DNA of 40,740 nucleotides, taken from contig JACMMM010000675.1 in NCBI GenBank assembly GCA_014379065.1, positions 1 to 40,740 of the forward strand, written 5' to 3'. This DNA comes from Saprospiraceae bacterium (GTDB taxonomy: Bacteria > Bacteroidota > Bacteroidia > Chitinophagales > Saprospiraceae). Shown here one piece after another: positions 33,906 through 40,740 of this stretch. Position 1 is the first letter of the stretch, and each line of letters starts with the position of its first letter. The notes beneath the pieces are model-generated. The model did no database searches and was not told where the DNA came from. It was given only the letters and a program-made list of their open reading frames with translations. A program made the position numbers and the translations under genes.

Positions 33906-33967
33906 AATAAGGGACACAGGCTCGGCATGTCAAGTTACATTTGCTTCACAATCGAAAATTTTCAACC

Positions 33968-36487
33968 ATGACTATCGCAAATCATGTCTGCGCCCTTCCC
34001 TGCAATGTGAAACCTATAAGGTTTTCAAAGCCTTATAGGTTTGCGAGACAGATTTTATCGCTCGCGCTTTTATTTACCCGCCGATTTACCCGCCGAAGCC
34101 TTGGTGTAGGCGGGAGTGTAATCGGGCTTTTACTCCTCTCACTCCTCTCTCAAGCCCAAACCCTGCGCGGCACCCTCCGAGATGCCGACAACGGCGATGC
34201 GGTAACAGGTGCCACCGTTACCTTGCGCTTCAGTCTTGGTGGAGCTGTGCCCATTTCGTTAGCCAGCACCCCAACAGGTGAATTTGTTTTTGAAAAAATC
34301 CGCGCCGGATATTATTCGGTGGAAATAATGGCACAAGGGTTTGAGAACCAAACGATTGCCGAGGTAAATGTGACCGCGGGCAAAGAGCAAGTGCTCGACA
34401 TCGCGCTGCGCCGAACCACAGCACAACTGGCAGAAGTAACCATTTTGGCTGCCCAACCTGGCCGACGAGCACCACTGCCGCTTGGTGAAATCCCGCTTAC
34501 CCGCGACCAAACACAGCGTTTCCCGGCTATGTATTTCGACCCTGCGCGGCTCGCTGCTGCCTATCCCGGAGTTGCACAAGTAGATGATGGAACGAACATG
34601 CTTAGTATTCGGGGCAACAGCCCAAGCTCAGTGGGCTGGCGGCTCGAAGGTGTAGACATTGTGAACCCAAACCACCTGCCCAACGCGGGCACTTTCAGCG
34701 ACCGGCCCGCTGCTGCAAGCGGTGGCATTTTGATGTTCTCAGCACAACTGTTGGACAATTCTTCCCTGCTTTCGGGGCCTATGCCTGCTGGTTACGGGGG
34801 CGCACTGGGCGGCATCATGGATATGAATTTGCGACGTGGCAACAATCGGCAACATGAGTTTACGGCTCAAGCCGGGCTGATCGGGCTGGATTTGGCAGCG
34901 GAGGGCCCACTGTTTGGTCGAAAGTCACCCTCCTCCGGCGAGCCTTCTGCGGGTAAAACAGTTAACGGTCAACAGTCAACGGTCAACGGTCAAAAGTCTT
35001 CCTACCTCGTCAACTACCGCTACTCCACAGTGGGACTGCTGGGGCAATTGGGCGTGTCATTTGGCGATGAGCAGATCAATTTTCAGGACTTGTCATTCAG
35101 CCTCAATATGGAGGGGAAACGAGGCGGGCGTTGGTCGCTGTTCGGGCTGGCCGGATTCAGCGAAAATACGTTCAAGTACAAAAAGGACTCCACTGAAATT
35201 AAAGCGTACAAAGATTTCTTCGACATAGATTTTGAATCAAAAACGGGCGTTTTGGGGGCCTCCAATTGGTTGTCGTTTGGGAAAAATGCATGGGTAAAAA
35301 CCACGGTTGCTATTTCCCAGCAACTCACAGACCGTAGCTCCCATTCCTTTACATTTACAGATCGGTCTAGTCTCGACGATATAGAAGAGTCAAAGATCTC
35401 TGCCTCCAGCACCTATTCACAACGAATAAGTCAAAAATACCGGCTACAGGTTGGAGTTTTAGTAACCACTCAAAAATATAATGGCGTTTCCGGCATAGTC
35501 CACGCTCAGGAATGCCTTTTAGCGCAGCCCTGGACACAACTTAGTTGGCAAAGCCGCAATCAAAAAAACACCACTTCTTTGGGATTGCACACGATGATTT
35601 TTGACGTTGGAAATGACTATTATTCCAAAACAGACTTTTCTTTGGAACCCCGTTTTCTTTTTTCCCGAAAAATAGCCGAAAACCATCGGCTGTCGTTTTC
35701 AGCAGGGGGTTATTCTCAAGTTCCGTCGCCATGGCTCTTGGATTACCGTGTTAATGAATTGCTGCGCTCTGGGAAAATGGAAATGGCATATTCCTGGAAT
35801 TTTGCACCTTTCTGGCAATTCAAAACAGCCCTTTACCGTCAACGGATTAACAACGCTCCATACTTCGTTAATGAACATTTTGCACTTTTGAACGACAGCG
35901 AGTTTAACCTGGGAAATGATTTCTCTTCCTACAATACTGCTCGGGGTTTCAACCGGGGTATAGAGGCATCGGTGGAGCGGAATCTTTCAAATGGCTGGTT
36001 TATGTTGATCAACGGAAGTTTGTTTGGTTCAAAATTTTCAAAAACCAGCAGCCCTTCAGAAACTGACTGGCTATCCACGCGCTGGGATATTGGCCACATA
36101 GCCAACACTACTTTTGGGAAAGAATGGCAACGAGAAAAACGCCCCGGAAAAGAACGGACCATTGGCCTAAATGCACGGATAGTTTGGGCTGGAGGCGTAC
36201 GCGAGGCAGAAATTAATAGGGATGCTTCTGTGCTGGCAAACACGACCGTTGTGGACGAGCGCATCGGATACTCCAGACAGTATCCCGACTATTTCCGCTT
36301 GGACCTTCGCGTGTACTGGCGGAAAAATCTCGGCAACCGCCGTAACAGCACTTTTGCCCTCGACATCCAAAACCTGACTGCACAACAGAATTTAGCCTAC
36401 CATTATTACGACCCCTATACCGGACAAATTGAGAATAAATACCAACTGGGTCCGATTCCGAATTTTAGTTGGAGGGTCGAGTTCTAA
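33968..36487 (+). CDS. TonB-dependent-receptor-like outer membrane protein with an N-terminal CarboxypepD_reg domain
   Basis: The segment TLRGTLRDADNGDAVTGATVTLRF...GEFVFEKIRAGYYSVEIMAQGFENQT matches CarboxypepD_reg. It is followed by a plug-like region and a long beta-barrel ending in an aromatic residue (WRVEF). The start is uncertain because REP-like words lie within the first ~50 codons. Confidence 0.7.
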   Translation: MTIANHVCALPCNVKPIRFSKPYRFARQILSLALLFTRRFTRRSLGVGGSVIGLLLLSLLSQAQTLRGTLRDADNGDAVTGATVTLRFSLGGAVPISLASTPTGEFVFEKIRAGYYSVEIMAQGFENQTIAEVNVTAGKEQVLDIALRRTTAQLAEVTILAAQPGRRAPLPLGEIPLTRDQTQRFPAMYFDPARLAAAYPGVAQVDDGTNMLSIRGNSPSSVGWRLEGVDIVNPNHLPNAGTFSDRPAAASGGILMFSAQLLDNSSLLSGPMPAGYGGALGGIMDMNLRRGNNRQHEFTAQAGLIGLDLAAEGPLFGRKSPSSGEPSAGKTVNGQQSTVNGQKSSYLVNYRYSTVGLLGQLGVSFGDEQINFQDLSFSLNMEGKRGGRWSLFGLAGFSENTFKYKKDSTEIKAYKDFFDIDFESKTGVLGASNWLSFGKNAWVKTTVAISQQLTDRSSHSFTFTDRSSLDDIEESKISASSTYSQRISQKYRLQVGVLVTTQKYNGVSGIVHAQECLLAQPWTQLSWQSRNQKNTTSLGLHTMIFDVGNDYYSKTDFSLEPRFLFSRKIAENHRLSFSAGGYSQVPSPWLLDYRVNELLRSGKMEMAYSWNFAPFWQFKTALYRQRINNAPYFVNEHFALLNDSEFNLGNDFSSYNTARGFNRGIEASVERNLSNGWFMLINGSLFGSKFSKTSSPSETDWLSTRWDIGHIANTTFGKEWQREKRPGKERTIGLNARIVWAGGVREAEINRDASVLANTTVVDERIGYSRQYPDYFRLDLRVYWRKNLGNRRNSTFALDIQNLTAQQNLAYHYYDPYTGQIENKYQLGPIPNFSWRVEF
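34071..34114 (+). repeat. TTTACCCGCC-word element (1.4 copies) related to 26137-26226
   Basis: The sequence is ATTTACCCGCCG followed by ATTTACCCGCCGAAGCCTTGGTGTAGGCGGG. Compare TTTACCCGCCAAAGTCTTGACGACGGTGGG at 26137. Confidence 0.75.
34961..34994 (+). repeat. GTCAAC(G/A)-word microrepeat inside the TonB-receptor coding sequence
   Basis: The DNA GTTAACGGTCAACAGTCAACGGTCAACGGTCAAA translates as VNGQQSTVNGQ. Confidence 0.8.
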
Positions 36488-36499
36488 GGGCTCTGGCTC

Positions 36500-36540
36500 C
36501 TCAAATAACCAAATCCCCAAATAATCAAATCCCCAATCAT
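36500..36540. repeat. CAAATCCCC/CAAATAA-word element just downstream of the bamA stop
   Basis: The sequence CTCAAATAACCAAATCCCCAAATAATCAAATCCCCAATCAT shares CAAATAACCAAATCC(C/T)CAAATAA with 39219-39242 in the same orientation. Confidence 0.7.
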
Positions 36541-36542
36541 CC

Positions 36543-39104
36543 CTAATCCGGCTCAAAGCCAAGGATAATGCTGAATCGCGCGTAATCCGAGATTTTCTTA
36601 CTCGGGTAGAATTCTGGTTTGTCTATACCGATACCATAGTCAAAGCCAAGCGTACCGAACATCGGAAGGAACACACGCAAGCCCATGCCCACTGAACGTT
36701 TGATATCGAAGGGATTGAAATCCCGTGCGCGGCCCCAGGCATTGCCACCTTGTGCAAATGCCGTGACAAAAATCGTGCTTTGTGGGTTGAGTGAGATGGG
36801 GTATCGGAGTTCCACCGTATATTTATTGAATACACCCGCACCGCCAGGGTAGCGTGACATGATGTCGCTCGTATTGTAACCGCGCAAGCTGATGATGTCG
36901 CGTGCGTTGAGACCAAAGTTCTGGTTGTTCAGGCCGTCTCCACCCAGTTCGAAGCGTTCGAAGGGACTGAGGCTGGTCTTGTCGCTCCACCTTCCGAGTA
37001 AGCCGATTTTGGCTTGGGTTTTCAACACAAGTTTGCCCACCAAGGTGGTGTACCATTCTGCATCAACACGCCATTTGATGTATTCCACAAATTCATAGAG
37101 GTCGCCGACGGGTGCTGTGTTGTAGAAATTTTGGCTGTTGAACCACGAGTACGGCGGTGTGGCGTTCATTTTCAACGAAATGAGCGAGCCTTGCTTGGGG
37201 AAAATAGGGTCGTTGATGCTGTTGCGGGCGAGCGTGAGGCCGAGGCTGTAGTTGTGGAAAATACCGTCGGACACGGTGCGGCCTTCATCGTCGCGGAATG
37301 CAAAAGAAAGTGCGTTGCTCAGTTTTAAGGTTTGAATATCGGCATCCGCGCGGAACACAAAGTTGTCGTCAGGCCATTTCAAACGGGTGCCAAAACCCAC
37401 CGTCCCTTGCAGGATTTCAAGTTTCTGGAAACTTTCCGAACCGGAGAAGCCCGATGCAAAACGGTTGTAAAAACCCGCCACCGTAAGCGAATTGGGTTTT
37501 TTTCCGCCCATCCAAGGCTCCGTGAATGAGATATTGTAGGATTGGTAGCGGTCGCCAGCCGTCTGGCCGCGCAGGCTGAAACGTTGCCCATCGCCTTGCG
37601 GGAGCGGGTTCCAGGCCTCCCGGTTTTTGATGTTGCGGATGGAAAAGTTGTTGAATGTAACACCCAATGTACCGATCACACCACCCTTGCTGAATGCTGT
37701 TGCAGGTTGGTAGCCCGCCGAAAGTTCGAGCTGGTCTGAGGGTTTTTCTTCCACCGTATATTCAATGTCCACCGTGCCGCGGTCGGGGTTCACAGGGGTA
37801 TTTATGCCGAGGGCTTCTGGGTTGAAATAGCCGAGGTTGACAATTTCACGCTGTGAGCGGATAATGTCGGCCCGGCTGAATTTATCGCCGGGTCGAGTGA
37901 ATAGCTCGCGGCGGATGATGTGTTCGTGGGTGCGGTCATTACCTTTGATGACTACCCGATCAATGGTTGCCTGCGGGCCTTCGTAGATGCGCAATTCGAG
38001 ATCAATCGAGTCGTTTTCGATGGCTGTTTCCACGGGGTCAACCCGGAAAAACAAGTATCCGTTGTCGAGGTAGAGTGACGAAATGTCGCGCCCGTCTTGG
38101 CTGAACGAGAGCCTCGTATCTAAAAGGTCTTGGTTGAAAACGTCGCCTTTTTTGATGCCCAGCACCTGATCCAGGTATTTGGTCTCGTAGAGCGTGTTTC
38201 CTTTCCAGCGGATATTGCGGAAGTAATAGCGATGGCCTTCTTCGATGTCCATGTGGATCATGATTTGGCCTTTTTTTGTGCGCCAGATGCTGTCTTTCGC
38301 CACCCTTGCGTCGCGGAAGCCGAGGTTGTTGTAGTAGGATTCTATCTTGCGCTTGTCTTCCTCGTAAAGCTCGCGCACCAGTTTTGATTTTTTGAAAAGT
38401 TTGCGCTTCGTGTGGGTTTCCTTCATTTTTTTGCGCAACACCCGCGATTTCACGTGATCGTTGCCAGAAAAACGAATATCCTTGATTTTGACCTTTTTGC
38501 CGGGCGTTATTGTAAACTCCAATTTGGTGGCATTGGTGGCGCGTTCGTCTGGGGATGAATTGATTTTCACGCGAGCATTCAGGTAGCCTTTCTCCACATA
38601 ATATTCTTCCAACTCGTGTACCAGCGTAGCTTTGACATTGTCGGTCAGGATGGCGCCTTTTTGAAGGAATTTGTTGATGATGGCGTTCAGGTCGTCGTGC
38701 TTACTTTTTTTCACCCCCACAAAGGAGTGGCGCGTGTAGCGTGGCAGTTCCTTCACCGCAATCTCCAGGAAAATTTTATCACCCACCGTACGCTCTTGGT
38801 TGATGCGCACATCGGTGAAAAGTTTGAGGTTCCAGAGTATGCGTACAGCATTGCTAAAATCTGTTCCGGGCACCCGCACCTTGTTGCCCACGCGCAGGCC
38901 GGAGAGCGAAATGAGCGTGTTCGCGTCTGCATATTGTATGCCTGTGACGCGCACACCGCCGATCTCGTACTCTTTTTGCTGCGAGTAGTCGAGCGAAGGC
39001 AATAGGGTGTCGGGCGTTTGGGCCGAGAGAGAAAGCGGGATCGCTACAGCCATTATAGACAAGATGCCGAGCGCGAGGGGTTTTATTTTTTGCAAAAAAG
39101 TCAT
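36543..39104 (-). CDS. bamA: Outer membrane protein assembly factor BamA
   Basis: It starts MTFLQKIKPLALGILSIMAVAIPLSLSAQ. Repeated POTRA-type segments follow (I..I.(F/V).GN......). The C-terminal Bac_surface_Ag barrel ends in SIILGFEPD-type sequence. Confidence 0.9.
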   Translation of the reverse strand: MTFLQKIKPLALGILSIMAVAIPLSLSAQTPDTLLPSLDYSQQKEYEIGGVRVTGIQYADANTLISLSGLRVGNKVRVPGTDFSNAVRILWNLKLFTDVRINQERTVGDKIFLEIAVKELPRYTRHSFVGVKKSKHDDLNAIINKFLQKGAILTDNVKATLVHELEEYYVEKGYLNARVKINSSPDERATNATKLEFTITPGKKVKIKDIRFSGNDHVKSRVLRKKMKETHTKRKLFKKSKLVRELYEEDKRKIESYYNNLGFRDARVAKDSIWRTKKGQIMIHMDIEEGHRYYFRNIRWKGNTLYETKYLDQVLGIKKGDVFNQDLLDTRLSFSQDGRDISSLYLDNGYLFFRVDPVETAIENDSIDLELRIYEGPQATIDRVVIKGNDRTHEHIIRRELFTRPGDKFSRADIIRSQREIVNLGYFNPEALGINTPVNPDRGTVDIEYTVEEKPSDQLELSAGYQPATAFSKGGVIGTLGVTFNNFSIRNIKNREAWNPLPQGDGQRFSLRGQTAGDRYQSYNISFTEPWMGGKKPNSLTVAGFYNRFASGFSGSESFQKLEILQGTVGFGTRLKWPDDNFVFRADADIQTLKLSNALSFAFRDDEGRTVSDGIFHNYSLGLTLARNSINDPIFPKQGSLISLKMNATPPYSWFNSQNFYNTAPVGDLYEFVEYIKWRVDAEWYTTLVGKLVLKTQAKIGLLGRWSDKTSLSPFERFELGGDGLNNQNFGLNARDIISLRGYNTSDIMSRYPGGAGVFNKYTVELRYPISLNPQSTIFVTAFAQGGNAWGRARDFNPFDIKRSVGMGLRVFLPMFGTLGFDYGIGIDKPEFYPSKKISDYARFSIILGFEPD

Positions 39105-39170
39105 GGTCAAAATTGTATAGGGCAAGGTGGTTTGCACCTGAAAATCAATATGGTTGTGTATTTGTTTATG

Positions 39171-39245
39171 GGGGGATTTGGGGATTTGTTGGCTCCGCTC
39201 ATGGTATTCGTGTTTAACCAAATAACCAAATCCTCAAATAACCAG
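39171..39245. repeat. GGGGATTT-word imperfect hairpin in the surA-bamA intergenic region
   Basis: GGGGGGATTTGGGGATTTGTTGG (39171-39192) faces AACCAAATAACCAAATCCTCAAATAACC (39216-39245). Confidence 0.7.
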
Positions 39246-39248
39246 TTC

Positions 39249-40619
39249 TTATTGTCTTCGCGCTGCCGATATCCCGATCATTTCCTGCAGGTTGGGGCAG
39301 GTCGAGAACAAGTCGCTTATGCTTAGATAGGTAGTGTTCAGTTTTTCAAGCACCCACTTTTCGATGTATTCTCCTTTTTTTTGTTCGAGCGCGGCGACCT
39401 GGATTTTGCCGTAGTCAAGTTTCAAATCGGCTTTGTGTGGCTTCGAGCGGCTCACCAATTGCACGATGCGGAATTGGTCGCTGCCGTCCTGGCTTTTGAA
39501 CCTGAATGGCTCGGCTATATCGCCCTCTTTGAGGCCATCAACGGCGAAAAAAACGCTCGTTTCCAGGTCGGCCACTTCAAAATATGAATTGCCTGTGCGC
39601 GGGTTTGCCACGCGGCCATCATTGTTGAAGCTCTGTTGGTTTTTGTCACCGTATTTCTTTACGGCATCGGTAAAAGAGAGTTTGCCATCCCGGATGAGTT
39701 GGCGCACCGTGTCGAGTTTTGCCTTGGCCAGGTCCAAGTCGGCTTCTGTTATTTCTGGTTTGATAAGAATGTGCCGACAATGTATAAGGTTGCCCCGGCG
39801 CTCCAAAAGTTGGATGATGTGGAAGCCAAATTCCGTTTCAATTACTGGGCTTAACTGGTTGGGTTCCAATTTATAAGCCATCGCTTCAAACTCCGAAACA
39901 AAGGTGCCGCGCTTCTGAAAACCCAGGTCCCCGCCCTGCGCTCCAGAGCCTGCGTCGTCGCTGAATTTTTTGGCCAACTCTGCAAAATCCTCCCCTTTCT
40001 CAGAGATGCGCTTGTGCAAATCGTCAATGCGTTGTCGTGCCTTGGCGCGTTCTTCTGCGTTCACCTTGGGCTTGTACACGATTTCACGAATCTCCACCTC
40101 AGCATTGAAATAGGGCAATGAGTCTTTGGGGATATTGCTAAAAAAACGCTGCACTTCCAAAGGCGTAATCGTTGCTTTCTCTGTCACTTTTCCCTGCATG
40201 CGCTCCGCGAGGAGTTGGCTGCGCATGTCAGAATTGAGCTGCATTTTCATTTGGTCCACACTTTGGCCATAGAATTCTTCGATGGCTTTGTCGTCCTGGT
40301 TAAAATAGGCACGGAGACGTTCAATGCGTGCATCAATTTGCGCCTCTACCTCCTCGTCCTTCACTTCCACAGAGACTAGTTTGGCCTGGTTCACGAGCAG
40401 TTTTTGCACGATGAGGATTTGAAGTACCACGCATTGGTATTCTTCTGGCAAATCAGGCTTGTCTTTTTTTACAAAACCGTATTGCTCCTGTACCTCGCTC
40501 AACAAGATGATCTCGCCGCCCACAGTAGCCACAACCCGGTCAATCACTGCCCTGTCATTTTGGGCAAACAGCCCCAGCGGGAGCAGAAAAATTGGAATGA
40601 ATCGAATGATATTTTTCAT
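39249..40619 (-). CDS. surA: SurA-like periplasmic chaperone / PpiC-type peptidyl-prolyl isomerase
   Basis: The signal peptide is MKNIIRFIPIFLLPLGLFAQ. The SurA_N-like region is IDRVVATVGGEIILLSEV. The parvulin domains carry GGDLGF..RGTFVSEFE and FGFHIIQLLERRG. Confidence 0.8.
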   Translation of the reverse strand: MKNIIRFIPIFLLPLGLFAQNDRAVIDRVVATVGGEIILLSEVQEQYGFVKKDKPDLPEEYQCVVLQILIVQKLLVNQAKLVSVEVKDEEVEAQIDARIERLRAYFNQDDKAIEEFYGQSVDQMKMQLNSDMRSQLLAERMQGKVTEKATITPLEVQRFFSNIPKDSLPYFNAEVEIREIVYKPKVNAEERAKARQRIDDLHKRISEKGEDFAELAKKFSDDAGSGAQGGDLGFQKRGTFVSEFEAMAYKLEPNQLSPVIETEFGFHIIQLLERRGNLIHCRHILIKPEITEADLDLAKAKLDTVRQLIRDGKLSFTDAVKKYGDKNQQSFNNDGRVANPRTGNSYFEVADLETSVFFAVDGLKEGDIAEPFRFKSQDGSDQFRIVQLVSRSKPHKADLKLDYGKIQVAALEQKKGEYIEKWVLEKLNTTYLSISDLFSTCPNLQEMIGISAARRQ

Positions 40620-40640
40620 TGAAAATCAAGTGCGTAGGAT

Positions 40641-40740
40641 GGTTGAGAGTTTAGGGTTTAAAGTTTAGGGTTGAGAATTTAGGGTTTAGGGTTGAGAATG
40701 TTGAGCCGCTCGACCCTAAACCCTAAACTCTCAACCCTAA
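40641..40740. repeat. TTTAGGG/TTGAGA-word palindrome (truncated by the right window edge)
   Basis: The left side is GGTTGAGAGTTTAGGGTTTAAAGTTTAGGGTTGAGAATTTAGGGTTTAGGGTTGAGAATGTTGAG. The loop is ccgctcga. The right side is CCCTAAACCCTAAACTCTCAACCCTAA. Confidence 0.8.

Noticed and set aside
33906-33967. Possible riboswitch (for example cobalamin) ahead of the TonB-dependent receptor.
   Set aside because: The intergenic leader is only ~60 nt and shows no conserved riboswitch core sequence that I can recognise.
40641-40740. TTTAGGG repeats as a telomere or linear-replicon end.
   Set aside because: There are only a few heptamers, interleaved with TTGAGA words and immediately mirrored as an inverted repeat. 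This matches the other intergenic word-palindromes in the window rather than a terminal tandem array.

Overview
This 40.7-kb window looks like a chromosomal segment of a Bacteroidota genome. The evidence is two proteins with T9SS C-terminal sorting domains, TAnnTTTG-type -7 promoter boxes 20-40 nt before several start codons, a CarboxypepD_reg-type TonB receptor and an AraC-type regulator. I cannot name the species.

Most of the window is housekeeping or cell-envelope coding sequence:
- aconitase
- surA-like PPIase followed by bamA
- an ABC ATPase plus a permease fused to an M1 aminopeptidase
- a second M1 peptidase
- an SPFH protein
- a GT4 glycosyltransferase
- a GH73 glucosaminidase
- CHRD and BNR-repeat T9SS cargo proteins
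- a CBM9/DUF5916-like protein

Five things stand out.
1. An AT-rich ~5-kb island (about 12.3-17.2 kb) is bracketed by two ~165-nt, ~90% identical direct copies of the 3' end of the permease/M1 gene. The distal copy is frameshifted. The island encodes a membrane-anchored TIR-like protein whose catalytic Glu appears to be replaced, a secreted Cys-rich FGE-sulfatase-fold protein, and a secreted coiled-coil protein. This is my best candidate for an undescribed system.
2. A REP-associated tyrosine transposase (RAYT) is flanked on both sides by ~155-bp nested-hairpin REPIN-like units.
3. A 36-bp operator with LytTR-like architecture occurs four times in front of small stress-type membrane protein genes.
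4. Several families of intergenic palindromes are built from short repeated words (GTCATT, GGGGATTT, TTTAGGG, TTTACCCGCC, GTCAACG). Some of them intrude into coding sequence.
5. A 12-bp x 9 tandem repeat lies inside an Rpn-family nuclease gene.

I found no rRNA, tRNA or CRISPR array. All product calls come from reading the translated ORFs against remembered family signatures. No database search was run.
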